Source: a virus
Virus record (IMG/VR): IMGVR_UViG_3300047095_000535
Span: 19,708 to 83,707 of that record
Direction: 5' to 3' (one strand)
DNA length: 64,000 nucleotides
In this document: positions 10,229 through 20,708 of the stretch, one piece after another
Numbering within the stretch: the stretch's first letter is position 1
Layout: every line of letters starts with the position of its first letter
The notes under the pieces: generated by a model
Told to the model about the DNA's origin: nothing
Database searches by the model: none
What the model saw: only the letters and a program-made list of their open reading frames with translations
Position numbers and translations under genes: made by a program

Positions 10229-10792
10229 ATGCCAGTCGATATCAACAACTTTTTCAATGTAGCATCCCAGAAGCAATTTTCAAGAGACTTCTTCATGCGT
10301 ATCAAACAAATCACCGTTCCGGGGATGTCTCTTAACGGAGAAACAGACCTAGTGTTCGCCAAAACTGCTAAACTACCCGGGCGGGATATTGAGGACAAGA
10401 CCGTAAATTACTCTGGTCAAGTCTTCCATGTGAATGGTAGAGCAGTGTACCCCGGATCAGAGTCATATAGCATCGAGTTTTATATGGATCAGGAGTTGGA
10501 TTTACGCACCAAGCTTGAAAAAGCTTCTAGGTTGACCTTTAATAACGAAACCACGACAGGTAACATGTGTATGCCCGGACCAGAAAGCGTAATGGTAGTC
10601 GATGTTTTAGCACTTCCATGTGGAATTGGCAACCAAGCAGGTACAGGATTCCAAGTGGTCAAAGAGATCAAGTTCGTAGGGGTTTCCATTAGATCCATCG
10701 GAGAAGTGGAGTACGCTATTGCCGATGGTACAGGTGAAATCAAGACTCTAAACGCGACGTTCTCCTACCACTGGTACGAAGATTTCAGCTAA
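10229..10792 (+). CDS. Tail tube protein (T4 gp19-like)
   Basis: 'FAKTAKLPGRDIEDKTVNYSGQVFHVNG..IKTLNATFSYHWYE'. Start placed 5 nt after TAAATA (10218-10223). Confidence 0.8.
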   Translation: MPVDINNFFNVASQKQFSRDFFMRIKQITVPGMSLNGETDLVFAKTAKLPGRDIEDKTVNYSGQVFHVNGRAVYPGSESYSIEFYMDQELDLRTKLEKASRLTFNNETTTGNMCMPGPESVMVVDVLALPCGIGNQAGTGFQVVKEIKFVGVSIRSIGEVEYAIADGTGEIKTLNATFSYHWYEDFS

Positions 10793-10810
10793 TTGTATCC
10801 CCTCTTTCTC

Positions 10811-10841
10811 AATCCGGTTGTCGAAAGATGACCGGATTTTT
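10811..10841 (+). terminator. Intrinsic terminator after tube gene
   Basis: AATCCGGTTGTC-GAAA-GATGACCGGATT followed by TTT. Confidence 0.65.
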
Positions 10842-10872
10842 GTATTATATAACAGAGGCTCTAAATATTTGT

Positions 10873-11472
10873 GTGTCAGTGAGTATCGATGAGTTCTTTT
10901 CAGCGTTTTCCCAAGATAATAGGTTTTTCCTACATCTGCCTGTTTTATGGGGAGTGACCATTGACGGGGTGACGAAAGACGCCATCAACTCCGTTCTACA
11001 AGACGCGGATGAAAAATGGGTCGCTAAATCAGACCCTTCCAATTACACGAAAAGTGGTAATATCCTAGTCGCGCAAGAAGTCTCGCTGCCTAATGAAACT
11101 TCCGAGTTTACTACACTGGAGTCAGGATCAGGTATGGGTGGGTATTTTCCGGGGTATGGACTAAATGCTCGTTCTAACTTTCTAAATCGGAGTACGTCGG
11201 TCAACTTCCTACAGACGGAAGATGATATTGTCCATAACTTCTTCCGACCATGGATGATCGCAGTTGGTATAAAGGGATTGGTGGAGTACGGCCCCACCCT
11301 GAAATCTACGATGATAGTCAGGCAGTATAAGAACGATGGGGAGTTTATAAGAGGATTCCGGTTTCGTAAAGCCTTTCCAACCGCAGTTGAACCGTTTACT
11401 CTGAATTATGACAACACGGACTTTAAGATACAGTCAGTTACGTTTGCGTGTACCAACTACGAACAGTTATGA
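10873..11472 (+). CDS. Tube-fold baseplate protein (gp54/gp19-like tube initiator)
   Basis: 'QEVSLP..VNFLQTEDDIVHNFFRPW..FRFRKAFPTAV..SVTFAC'. TAAATA at 10862-10867 suggests GTG 10873. Confidence 0.65.
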   Translation: MSVSIDEFFSAFSQDNRFFLHLPVLWGVTIDGVTKDAINSVLQDADEKWVAKSDPSNYTKSGNILVAQEVSLPNETSEFTTLESGSGMGGYFPGYGLNARSNFLNRSTSVNFLQTEDDIVHNFFRPWMIAVGIKGLVEYGPTLKSTMIVRQYKNDGEFIRGFRFRKAFPTAVEPFTLNYDNTDFKIQSVTFACTNYEQL

Positions 11473-12176
11473 ATACCATTACATTTGGTAAGTTGCGGGA
11501 ACTTACAATCGCTGATAATAAAAAGCAATCGCAGGTATTGGTGGACTATTTCAACACTTTTGAAGGAGATAACACTTTTGAAAAGTTTAAGTCTATTTTA
11601 ACTGCTTGGGAGAATGATGTATCATATACGATAACACTCAACATCAATAATATTCCTACTAAAATATCTTTATCTTATATATTATCAGAATTACCATCAA
11701 CACTTAATAATGAGATTGTAATACAGAACACAGACATGAAATTAGTACTTGACATTCCCCAAAGGTATGTTAGTACTAATGATATAATTCCTATTTACGA
11801 TATTATAAAATACATAAATCTATATGGTGTTTCTATAAATCTGATAAATCTATCTTTATACGAAAAAAGTACTATTATCAACAATCTACCCGCCTATTCA
11901 TACAATCTTATAATGAATAGTATATTAAACGACACCACGAAGGTCGTTTCATTCAATAATCCCCTTCTAGAGTCGTGTAAGTTCAACTTTTTAACGAACA
12001 ACCCATATTTGTTTTTAAAGGGGATATTTTCCAGATACACGGAAGACTATTTCAGAGATACTATCTATTTATTATCCAAGAAGATCGACGGGCAGCTATT
12101 ACTGGATAGCACTTTACAGGACATTGAGTATTATATAAATAGGTTCACGGAAGAAATGAACGCCGGGACCAATTGA
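11469..12176 (+). CDS. Baseplate hub assembly-associated protein (gp26/gp51-like?)
   Basis: ATGA overlap with the previous gene; weak resemblance to the next gene; position in tail operon. Confidence 0.4.
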   Translation: MNTITFGKLRELTIADNKKQSQVLVDYFNTFEGDNTFEKFKSILTAWENDVSYTITLNINNIPTKISLSYILSELPSTLNNEIVIQNTDMKLVLDIPQRYVSTNDIIPIYDIIKYINLYGVSINLINLSLYEKSTIINNLPAYSYNLIMNSILNDTTKVVSFNNPLLESCKFNFLTNNPYLFLKGIFSRYTEDYFRDTIYLLSKKIDGQLLLDSTLQDIEYYINRFTEEMNAGTN

Positions 12177-12207
12177 CAAATGGCAATCGTGTGCTTAAAT
12201 AGTGGGC

Positions 12208-12942
12208 ATGGACGACAACGTTAAGACTCTGCTGGATAAAATCCAAGAACTAAAAGCCCCTCTGGTATCGGTATATGTGAATTCTGCCAAACCTGCGGTT
12301 GATTGTACCCCTCTATCGTTTAAACAACAGAAGGATCTTATTTCCACAGTGGCGGATGGGGTTGTTGGGTCTTTAAAGTTCCAAAAGATTCTGAACGGAG
12401 TTGTCATGGAAAATACCGCGTTGGATGATTTAAAAACCACGGACAGGCTGCCCATTATACTACAACTAAGGGCCAATGCGATTGGTGATCAAATCAGGGT
12501 TGGTGGGGAGAAAGGAAAGCTGTCACCTATTTTGAAAAAGATTAAGAAGTTCAAGGTGGTCCAATCCAAGACGATTACCGGAGACTTGACAGTGGAAGTG
12601 GAAGTTCCTACTCTCGCATCGGAGAATCGGATTATACAGGTTACGATTGATCTACTTAAAAAAGACGGAGAAGCGGAGGTTGGAAAAAATATCGGTAATG
12701 TATATACCCATGAGATTGTAAAATACATCAAATCCATTAAGTTTGGAGAACAGGAATTGGTTTTCTTGGATATCCCCGTGAGTGATAGAGCCAAAATCGT
12801 GGATAATTTGCCAATATCCATCAATAAACAGATCATCGAGTTTATTCAGGACATTAAAAAGGCTGAGACTGAGTTGCTTACAATTGAGCTTAATGGGGAA
12901 ACCAAAATTCTGGAAATTGATGTAGGTTTCTTCGATTCTTAA
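12208..12942 (+). CDS. Baseplate hub assembly protein (T4 gp26-like)
   Basis: 'PLSFKQQKDLI..DRLPIILQLRANAIGD..IDVGFF' fits the gp26 pattern; TAAATA 6 nt upstream. Confidence 0.6.
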   Translation: MDDNVKTLLDKIQELKAPLVSVYVNSAKPAVDCTPLSFKQQKDLISTVADGVVGSLKFQKILNGVVMENTALDDLKTTDRLPIILQLRANAIGDQIRVGGEKGKLSPILKKIKKFKVVQSKTITGDLTVEVEVPTLASENRIIQVTIDLLKKDGEAEVGKNIGNVYTHEIVKYIKSIKFGEQELVFLDIPVSDRAKIVDNLPISINKQIIEFIQDIKKAETELLTIELNGETKILEIDVGFFDS

Positions 12943-12962
12943 TGATCGGTTAAATATTATTT

Positions 12963-14897
12963 GTGGATGATAAACTCATACAAATAGTAGGCGAGCTTTT
13001 AGGGCTATTAGACCAGCTTGTAGAAGAAAAGGGCGTTCCCAAGGATAAAGCCCTTGCTGATAAGAACATTGTTGGTACCTCTATTGGGAGTAAGAAGCTT
13101 CCCACCAAGTTACCTCCGAATGCCAAGCGTCTTCTTGAAGAAACATTTACGTTGTTTAACAAGATGTTCTTCGATTATCAGAAGAAAATGGCTCCCGACA
13201 CCAAGGATAAAACACTAGCCAAAACTACCATTCCGCCTTCCTTATCATCCAAGAACAAGGAAGGAAAAGAACAATCAGGGGGATTTTGGAGTGGAATAGG
13301 AAAAATCTTTATGGGAGTTGGTACAGCAGCGTTGGCAGCATTGATAGGTGGACTAATGGAGAATGGTCCGTTTAAAGGAGTGGCTAAAATATTTGCCAAA
13401 GTCGGGGTTGGGTTATTCGCTAAAATGTCGGTGAAGCTTCTTAGGCACTTCGGTATTGCGGCGAAACGAATTCCGTTTTTAGGGTCAATTGTATCTCTTT
13501 GGTTTGCGTGGGACCGATATCAGAATGATGATAACGTAGGTGCGATAATCGATGTGCTTAGTGCGTTATGTAATTTGATTCCACCCCCTTTTGGCACTGC
13601 TTTATCATTAGGGTTGGACGTTCTGAATGCGTATCTGGATGTAAAGTCTGGACAATCAGCAGGAAATCCACAACAGGCTAAAAAAATAGATATTCTTAAG
13701 GATATGGCGTCTTCTATTGGAACGTTTATATGGAATAATCGAAATTATATTCCGGTATTGAGTTCTATCGACAAGTTTGCGTCGTCGTGGGATGAGTTGA
13801 AGGCGGGTAAAGTTGTGTCAGGTGTTAAACATTTTGGGTATGCGATGTTTGAGTTGCTTACTGGAATCGATGTGGATAAATTCGCTACCGGATTTTCGAT
13901 ATTGACAGGTATGACCAGCAGTACTAAAGCGGAACCTGCCGCCGTTGCCGCCAGTTCGGTCATACCGGATGGTATGATGTCCGCTATCGGGTCGTGGTTA
14001 TGGAGTAAACGTCAGTATATACCGATTTTGAGTTCAGTCAATAGATTCATGATGGCGTGGGACGATATTAAAGCGGGAAACATCATGGATGGACTAGGAA
14101 ACATCGGTATAGGTCTTCTTAGTTTCTTAACCGGAGGGGATGCCAAAATGGTTCTCGACGGAATGGGAGCGTTTATGGGTATGGTCGGTGGAACGAAAGA
14201 AACCGTACAGAAACCCGTCGCGAATTCGTCCATGTTGGAAGATATAGCGGGTTGGATGGCCAAGAAGGTTTCGGAACTCATTGGATGGATAAAAGATCTG
14301 GTATGGGATAGGTTGAAGGCTTTGACCGGAGACTTGGCGAACATGGTTAGCTCTACTTGGACCGGAGACAACGTTAAGCAAATGGTTGACACTGTTGGTA
14401 ATAAGGCCAAGGAAGCGGCGAACATTACATTCTCCTATATGAGTAATATATGGGATTCCTTCTCCATGGGATCTAAATCATTGGCGGATAAGTCCGGTGA
14501 AATGATGAAGCAGGTACGCAACACGGTTGCTTCTGCGGAGGCAGGAGTTCGGGAATCCACCAAAGGGATCATGGCGGGAGCTTATATCAAGTTGGCTGAA
14601 GATAAACAATCACTGGTTTCCAAGAGTCCTCCCGTTACTCTGGTTATGCCTGAACGGGGAGAGACGGTGGACACACTAGCCAATTTATACAAAGCGTCCA
14701 TAGAGCAGATACGCCTACTTGGATTATTGGTCGGAGTTGGTAATAGCTCATTGTCCGAATTACGCCGAATCGCTGGTATAAGCGGGGGTGGTGGAGGCGG
14801 GGGTATAGCACCTCCCCAAGCATCCAATAAATCACCTCTCATCCAAGTAGCTACTAATAGGGAAGGGTTTGCTGACAGTCCTTATGTCATCGCTTAA
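12963..14897 (+). CDS. Tape-measure / baseplate hub protein (gp29-like)
   Basis: Gly/Ala-rich amphipathic helices, 'KRIPFLGSIVSLWFAWDRY' motif, internal repeat 'W..R.YIP.LSS...F...WD..KAG'; position in tail operon. Confidence 0.6.
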   Translation: MDDKLIQIVGELLGLLDQLVEEKGVPKDKALADKNIVGTSIGSKKLPTKLPPNAKRLLEETFTLFNKMFFDYQKKMAPDTKDKTLAKTTIPPSLSSKNKEGKEQSGGFWSGIGKIFMGVGTAALAALIGGLMENGPFKGVAKIFAKVGVGLFAKMSVKLLRHFGIAAKRIPFLGSIVSLWFAWDRYQNDDNVGAIIDVLSALCNLIPPPFGTALSLGLDVLNAYLDVKSGQSAGNPQQAKKIDILKDMASSIGTFIWNNRNYIPVLSSIDKFASSWDELKAGKVVSGVKHFGYAMFELLTGIDVDKFATGFSILTGMTSSTKAEPAAVAASSVIPDGMMSAIGSWLWSKRQYIPILSSVNRFMMAWDDIKAGNIMDGLGNIGIGLLSFLTGGDAKMVLDGMGAFMGMVGGTKETVQKPVANSSMLEDIAGWMAKKVSELIGWIKDLVWDRLKALTGDLANMVSSTWTGDNVKQMVDTVGNKAKEAANITFSYMSNIWDSFSMGSKSLADKSGEMMKQVRNTVASAEAGVRESTKGIMAGAYIKLAEDKQSLVSKSPPVTLVMPERGETVDTLANLYKASIEQIRLLGLLVGVGNSSLSELRRIAGISGGGGGGGIAPPQASNKSPLIQVATNREGFADSPYVIA

Positions 14898-14905
14898 ATA
14901 ATGAT

Positions 14906-15772
14906 ATGGCTGATATAGATGTGGTAAACAATTATGATTGGACTTCTGCGCCAAAAAACTCGACGTTTAGAAAGAACGCGCCGAGGATATGGATGCGTTC
15001 ATATAAGTTGAAAACCAACAATCTAGTCCAGACTATTAAGAATTATCAAAATATAGTGGATAATAAGGACGGAAACGCCAAGTCGTTTTATGAGAGGATG
15101 TATGGGGATGTGGCGGAAGCGGACGAGACTTTCAGGTTCCCATATTTCAATGATTCTATTCGGGCGTTTTCAAACACTTTTGGAGATACTTTCCAAGATG
15201 GTATCGGGGGAGGAAACGGTATAGGAACAGCTTTAAACGATTGGACTAAATCTATGGTCGGCAATATCGCACAGGTGGGAGGGATTATAGGTACGGATGC
15301 TATGGCTACTGCTACTTCCCAAATATACAATAAAGATTTTATGGGAGCTATAAAAACTGTTTCTGGGGGAGTTGCAGGGGGAGGAAATCCTGGTTCATAT
15401 GTGGAAACTCCCATGTTCTATCAGTTTGAAAAAAATGATGGTCCGGTGGAGGTTACATTCGCGTTGTCTAATACTATCAACGAGGGAGCGATTAAACAAA
15501 ACAAGGATTTAATCACCAAGCTCACAAAGATGAACCGTCCATTGAGACATAACAGCATTTCAGTCGATCCTCCTAGAATATACAAGATAACTATCCCGGG
15601 CCATAGGTTCATTCAATGGGCGTGGTGTACCCAATTCAACGTCCAATTTTTAGGGACGAAGCGGATGATTGATAATGATATTGTTCCAGAAGGATATCTT
15701 ATTACCATGGTGTTCCAATCATTGACGCTGGAACACGGCGGGTTCATGGACCAAGTAAACACAGAAGACTAA
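14906..15772 (+). CDS. Baseplate tail-tube cap protein (gp48-like)
   Basis: 'VEVTFALSNT..PPRIYKITIPG..CTQFNVQF..ITMVFQSL'; lies between tape measure and gp53-like gene. Confidence 0.55.
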   Translation: MADIDVVNNYDWTSAPKNSTFRKNAPRIWMRSYKLKTNNLVQTIKNYQNIVDNKDGNAKSFYERMYGDVAEADETFRFPYFNDSIRAFSNTFGDTFQDGIGGGNGIGTALNDWTKSMVGNIAQVGGIIGTDAMATATSQIYNKDFMGAIKTVSGGVAGGGNPGSYVETPMFYQFEKNDGPVEVTFALSNTINEGAIKQNKDLITKLTKMNRPLRHNSISVDPPRIYKITIPGHRFIQWAWCTQFNVQFLGTKRMIDNDIVPEGYLITMVFQSLTLEHGGFMDQVNTED

Positions 15773-15773
15773 C

Positions 15774-16172
15774 ATGATAGATACAGGATTATATCAAAAC
15801 CAGATAGACGCTCTTGATACATTGGATATCATGAACTACGAGAGGATTTTCAAGATTTTTGAGCTATCTGTAAACAACAAGGATTTTTACACCTACAACA
15901 TTTTAAAGCGTGTGGATTTTCCGGAGATAGATAATGAGTATATAGAGTTTAGAGACGTGCTTAACAACACTCCTCTAACCATACTTTCCTATAAGATTTA
16001 CGGAGATATTAAAAGTTGGTGGATATTATATCTTCTTAATAAGGATAAGTTTGTGGGCGCACCATTTGTTGTAGAAGGTGGTACGCAGATAAAATACATC
16101 AAGGATTCTTTCAGAACATCCATATATCAGGACATAAATAACGCTACAACGTATGGAGGGAGACACTACTAA
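15774..16172 (+). CDS. Baseplate wedge protein (gp53-like, LysM-type)
   Basis: 'PLTILSYKIYGDIKSWWILYLLN' is typical of gp53/LysM baseplate proteins. Confidence 0.75.
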   Translation: MIDTGLYQNQIDALDTLDIMNYERIFKIFELSVNNKDFYTYNILKRVDFPEIDNEYIEFRDVLNNTPLTILSYKIYGDIKSWWILYLLNKDKFVGAPFVVEGGTQIKYIKDSFRTSIYQDINNATTYGGRHY

Positions 16173-17506
16173 TGGCTGAAGTTTTTCGTATCAATGATAT
16201 TGAATATGAGTGCGAGTTCACAATTACAAATGCGGACAGTCCTCCTATCAAGCTAACCAAGTCTGCCATTCGTGGTATGACTTTGGTGGATAACGTTTTC
16301 GATCCATTCGCTTCTGGAACAGTATCCATCGCTAACCCTTACAACTTTCTGGAAAAGGACTTTTTCATTCGGGGAGACGGGCGGGACGAGATGAAAATAA
16401 TGTTCAAAATCAAGGATACTTCTCCAACGCAGTATAATAAGCCGTATGAATATGTGTTTTCCATCGTTGATGAAATGGATATGGTAAATCCGGAAGTTCG
16501 TACAGAGAACATAAAAACCTTAACTCTGTTAGATAAGAACGCCTTACCATTCTCTGATAAAATCCCCTATGGTAAGAAATATAGCGGGTTTGTTGGGGAG
16601 ATTATAAAAGAGATTGTCACTGAGCTATTAGGGGCCGATAAGATATATAACGAGAGGTGGTCAACTGGAGATTTCGAGCTATTTGATTATATACCTCCCG
16701 CAACATATAGATATATCGACCTTATTCGGCATTTACTACGACTCTTCTACGCTAAGGATGGAGACTTATATGTTAAGGCTTTGATGGGGTATGACTACGA
16801 GGCCAAACAGTTCACCTTGGAGTTACTTTCAAACATTTTCAGGAAAAACAAACTAAATCTATTGGAAGCGTTCGTTGTGGGGGATTCATCAGACGAGATT
16901 AGAGTAAACAACCCCAACCATCCGTATGCGGAAGCACCCATCAGCAAATACTTCGGGGCGGTAAAAAACCTAGGATACTCCACTCCTCAATACGGGTGGA
17001 GTACGGACTATTTCATCAACAGTCTGGTATTTGGATATAACAAGTTTCTAGGAGTTCAAAATATACGCAAGCTCAAGTTCGAGGATATACGTAAAAAGTG
17101 GAAAACCAAGTTTGTAGACGTTTTTCAGACCCTTCAAGACGCACCAAAACCTTTCGCCGTTAAGAACAAGACGACACCTAAGAAGTTTCGTCGATTCCAC
17201 TTCCCATACCCCATTGAAAACGGGGTGAAGATAGTGGAGGCTGAGATGTATAACGTTCTAACATTTTATAATCTACAGGCGTCGTTCTCCAATGTGGGAG
17301 ACACAACCAGACGGTCAGGCAAGTTCATCGACATCATCTCTACCAGAACCAACGATAGGGACTGGAAGGTGGACCAAAAGCTGTTAGGTAGGTGGTTCAT
17401 CACGGAGTTGAGACATGTGTTTGTAGCGGACCTATATACCAATGAAATGATGTGTTCCAAGACCTACGTTGGGCCACACGCGAAGATATCGGAGGGAGTT
17501 GAATAA
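16172..17506 (+). CDS. Baseplate hub protein (gp27-like)
   Basis: 'TLVDNVFDPFASGTVSI..GDTTRRSGKFIDI..GRWFITELRHVF'. Confidence 0.6.
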   Translation: MAEVFRINDIEYECEFTITNADSPPIKLTKSAIRGMTLVDNVFDPFASGTVSIANPYNFLEKDFFIRGDGRDEMKIMFKIKDTSPTQYNKPYEYVFSIVDEMDMVNPEVRTENIKTLTLLDKNALPFSDKIPYGKKYSGFVGEIIKEIVTELLGADKIYNERWSTGDFELFDYIPPATYRYIDLIRHLLRLFYAKDGDLYVKALMGYDYEAKQFTLELLSNIFRKNKLNLLEAFVVGDSSDEIRVNNPNHPYAEAPISKYFGAVKNLGYSTPQYGWSTDYFINSLVFGYNKFLGVQNIRKLKFEDIRKKWKTKFVDVFQTLQDAPKPFAVKNKTTPKKFRRFHFPYPIENGVKIVEAEMYNVLTFYNLQASFSNVGDTTRRSGKFIDIISTRTNDRDWKVDQKLLGRWFITELRHVFVADLYTNEMMCSKTYVGPHAKISEGVE

Positions 17507-18432
17507 TGACTAATAAAATCGAGACCCTGCGAGCGATATGCTTCACCCAAGAAGACCTACAAAATGTTGTAGGTATTCAGGATAGTCAATTCACGTCAGT
17601 TGATATCGACTTCATGGTGGAGTTTAAGAAGGTGTTTGAGCTGGGATTGCCGCAACTCAAAAAGTTCATAAGCAAGCTGGACGAGGAAGGCGCGGCATTG
17701 GACCCATACTCCATTCAGTACTATGTGGATAATTTGAACAATTGTGCGCTAACCGAGTATGTGAAGGAGTACTCCGCGAATAAGAAGTATTTCCGCCAGT
17801 CGCCCGATTGTATGGGATGCACGGGTAATGTGTCACGGTCATGTGCCAGCACTTCCGCCATCGGGTCGGATTATTACCCTACTGGATGCGGGTTGGACAC
17901 GTTTGTAAAGCTCCCGCCAATCGTACAGAACTCCCTTACCAATGCGGTAAAGCAGGTTGAGAATGTCTTTAGAAGCAGTATCGCGGGTTGTCTAGCTTTG
18001 GACAATACCCTCCCATTGGTTGATAAAAGTCCCCAATATCGATACATGGAAGAACCAAGAGGTGGAATGGCGCTATCCCCTGCGGGCAACTATCTGCTAA
18101 AAGACAGTCGTGCCTATGATAACGTGGCGGAATCGTTCTCTGATATAGCGGGTCAGGTACAATCGTATCTGGGATCTGAGGATTATAGAATGTACACCTC
18201 TAAAAAGCAATATTCTCCATTTACATTGGCACAGAATGAGTCCACTTCCACTAATATGCAGGTCACAGTCAAGGTGGCGGATAAGGACGAGGCGAAGGAG
18301 CTTGCATTTGACCTAATGGGTGATATATTCGATTCCGATGAGCGGAGGAAGTCCGAGATTGTGGTTCCAGTCGAGAACTCCAATAGTAAGATATATAAAT
18401 TAAATACTAATACAGGACAGCTAGGAACATGA
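17506..18432 (+). CDS. Hypothetical protein (structural operon)
   Basis: 308-aa ORF coupled to the hub gene. Confidence 0.6.
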   Translation: MTNKIETLRAICFTQEDLQNVVGIQDSQFTSVDIDFMVEFKKVFELGLPQLKKFISKLDEEGAALDPYSIQYYVDNLNNCALTEYVKEYSANKKYFRQSPDCMGCTGNVSRSCASTSAIGSDYYPTGCGLDTFVKLPPIVQNSLTNAVKQVENVFRSSIAGCLALDNTLPLVDKSPQYRYMEEPRGGMALSPAGNYLLKDSRAYDNVAESFSDIAGQVQSYLGSEDYRMYTSKKQYSPFTLAQNESTSTNMQVTVKVADKDEAKELAFDLMGDIFDSDERRKSEIVVPVENSNSKIYKLNTNTGQLGT

Positions 18433-18437
18433 CCGTT

Positions 18438-18911
18438 TTAAACGTCTATAACCGCTTTTTCCTTTTCAGAGTCCGTAGGTAAAAGTTTTGTTCTAAGTAG
18501 TTCTTCCCTACTTAATAGGTTTTCAGTGCCAATGTTCATCAGTTTCATTACATTGTTCTTGGAGTCGATATCCATCTGCTTGATCTCTTTTTGTCCCTTC
18601 AGCTTATCCTCCGCTAACTTCAGCTTGGAAAGAGCGTCAATAGCGGAAGTTGTGGCTTTTGCTAATTCGGCAATGCTTTCTACCATTTTGGCGTCTACCG
18701 CCCCGGTACCAACGTCTTTTGACAGGGTTTGTAACATGTCAACACAATTAGAGATTACAGAGGACGCATTATCTATTACAAACTTTTCAATATCGTCTTT
18801 TGATAAATCTGGTCGATCTTTTTCAATGGTAGAAGTTTTATGATTATGGTTTTTCAATTGGGATATAATATCCTCAACGTCCCGGTCCAAATCTTCATTA
18901 TAATCATTCAT
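18438..18911 (-). CDS. terS: Terminase small subunit (T4 gp16-like)
   Basis: Helical 'AKMVESIAELAKATTSAIDALSKLK..NN..LSREELL' resembles T4-type gp16; TAAATA 5 nt upstream of ATG 18911. Confidence 0.55.
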   Translation of the reverse strand: MNDYNEDLDRDVEDIISQLKNHNHKTSTIEKDRPDLSKDDIEKFVIDNASSVISNCVDMLQTLSKDVGTGAVDAKMVESIAELAKATTSAIDALSKLKLAEDKLKGQKEIKQMDIDSKNNVMKLMNIGTENLLSREELLRTKLLPTDSEKEKAVIDV

Positions 18912-19015
18912 GAAAATATTTACCCTTGACTTAGGGAAATGATAGGGTAAACTACTCATATGGTTGATTTAAATAACAAGACGATCCTTGTTCATCGTCG
19001 GGATAAATATAGTAG

Positions 19016-19393
19016 ATGAAAACCAAGAAACTTATCGAGGAGTTGATGAAAATCGACCCTGCCGGGGAATGTGAGGTCTATTCCATAGGAGATATAGAGT
19101 TTTTACAAAGGTTGCCTTGGTACTACGATGGAAGGCCGGGGGTTCTCATACGCGATTTAGACAATACCTTTGAAATGGATGGCAATGTGGTGGGTATCCG
19201 GCAACACACTGAAGAGGATGGAGATAAGATTTATCTACATTGCAAATGCTTGGATGATTTCGCGTGGGATGTGGTTGTAGACAAGGCAGATCCGGTTATA
19301 ATCGGGGATGAACATTTCATTGAAAAATGGAAAAGGTACAAAGAAGAAGTGGCTACAACCATGGCCGGGATAAAAGGTTCGTGCGGCGGCTGA
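19016..19393 (+). CDS. Hypothetical protein
   Basis: 125-aa ORF; TAAATA 6 nt upstream. Confidence 0.6.
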   Translation: MKTKKLIEELMKIDPAGECEVYSIGDIEFLQRLPWYYDGRPGVLIRDLDNTFEMDGNVVGIRQHTEEDGDKIYLHCKCLDDFAWDVVVDKADPVIIGDEHFIEKWKRYKEEVATTMAGIKGSCGG

Positions 19394-19406
19394 CTAAATA
19401 GATGAA

Positions 19407-19634
19407 GTGAAAGACTTCAAATCCCACATAAAATATGCGATTAGGAGACAGGAAGATGGTTCCTACGCGATTCTACAAAAATACCGGAACAGGGTTGACA
19501 TTCACTCCCACTATGATACCTTGGAGGAAGCTCAAGACGCATTTGACGACTTACACACCAAACCTTCTCAAGCAGAGACATTAGATTTTTTCCACGGATT
19601 AAAAGATGCTATGGATTTTAAACATAAGATATGA
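19407..19634 (+). CDS. Hypothetical protein
   Basis: 75-aa ORF; TAAATA 6 nt upstream. Confidence 0.55.
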   Translation: MKDFKSHIKYAIRRQEDGSYAILQKYRNRVDIHSHYDTLEEAQDAFDDLHTKPSQAETLDFFHGLKDAMDFKHKI

Positions 19635-20680
19635 ATATACAAACACAAGTAGTTGAAGCCCGAAACAGTGGAAAAACTTATACGGAGATATATCAGGAAT
19701 TTGGAGTAGCCAAATCCACCGCACAAGATTGGGTGAGAAAATCACAGACGTCGGGGTACCCTACGGTCACTCCTTATATCAATCATAATTTGGACCGGGA
19801 CGGTAAACAAAAATTTCGTAGAACGGAAGAAGAAGTGTTGGACTTCTTGGAACAACTGGCCCCTATAAATCTTCCCGCCCTTAAAGCTTCTGTTCCAGAA
19901 GTGGAGCTGTCGTCCTATGCGGTGGTTTGTTCCGACTTACACTTTCCTTTACAGTGTGAGAAGTCCGTGGCGATATTATTTGAGACTATCAGGCGTCTAA
20001 ACCCCTCTACTATAATCATCAATGGCGATAGCTGCGATATTCTAGCTCTATCGAGATTTCCAAAAGATATTGTCAAGGGATATGACCTCTTGACAGAGAG
20101 AGTCGCCTACCAGAACTTTTTACATGAGTTGATTTCCATTAGTAATGGTGCAACCATTTATGAAACCAACGCCAACCACTCGTCCGGTGGAGTTGAATCA
20201 AGACTTAGACGGTACTTAAATGAACGGATTCCTGAGCTAGCCAAACTGCCGGAAGTGGTGGATATGTTGAGCTATGAGAACCTGTTTCTTGGTCCCTATA
20301 GAGAGTATGTTCAGTTGGTGGACTACGTTGATCTGAACGGGCTATATGTCATGCATGGCACTACAGTAAGGAAGAACCCGGGGAGTTCGGTGATGGGCGA
20401 AATGGAGCGATTCCGGGCGTCTATAATGATGGGACATGTTCACCGCATGGGATGCGTGAGTTTGCGTCAGCCTTCCATCGGTGCTAGAGAAGAACATCAG
20501 CTTCGCGGGTATGAAATAGGATGCATGTGCGACCTAAACCCGATTTATGCGAGTAGTCCGAATTGGACCAATGGGTTCGCGATTGTAGCTTTAGGAGAAG
20601 ACACGTTCGGAGTCGAACTGGTTTCTATTATAAACGGCGCGGCAACCATTTCAACATTAGGTGCAACAATTGTTGCGTAA
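19631..20680 (+). CDS. HTH-fused calcineurin-like metallophosphoesterase
   Basis: N-terminal HTH 'TYTEIYQEFGVAKSTAQDW'; MPP motifs 'SDLHFP', 'NGDSCD', 'ANH', 'MHG', 'GHVHR'. Confidence 0.8.
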   Translation: MNIQTQVVEARNSGKTYTEIYQEFGVAKSTAQDWVRKSQTSGYPTVTPYINHNLDRDGKQKFRRTEEEVLDFLEQLAPINLPALKASVPEVELSSYAVVCSDLHFPLQCEKSVAILFETIRRLNPSTIIINGDSCDILALSRFPKDIVKGYDLLTERVAYQNFLHELISISNGATIYETNANHSSGGVESRLRRYLNERIPELAKLPEVVDMLSYENLFLGPYREYVQLVDYVDLNGLYVMHGTTVRKNPGSSVMGEMERFRASIMMGHVHRMGCVSLRQPSIGAREEHQLRGYEIGCMCDLNPIYASSPNWTNGFAIVALGEDTFGVELVSIINGAATISTLGATIVA

Positions 20681-20690
20681 ACATTATCGT

Positions 20691-20708
20691 TAAACACTAG
20701 GATAATTT
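20691..20708 (+). promoter_or_regulatory. First of ~30 copies of phage promoter TAAACACTA-N3-TANNNT
   Basis: Copies start at 20691, 23984, 25295, 26196, 27369, 28628, 29782, 31755, 35517, 38963, 40414, 40874, 42748, 43999, 44849, 47012, 48168, 49887, 52162, 52874, 53170, 55596, 56236, 57493, 59418, 60481, 61193 (variant), 61814, 62564 and 63274. All are + strand at gene junctions; those at 25295, 26196 and 44849 read AAAACACTA. Confidence 0.85.

Noticed and set aside
18926-19019. Sigma70-like promoter (TTGACT-N16-TAAACT) with a 19-codon ORF at 18960
   Set aside because: Too short and unsupported; it may be a chance match or a gene remnant.
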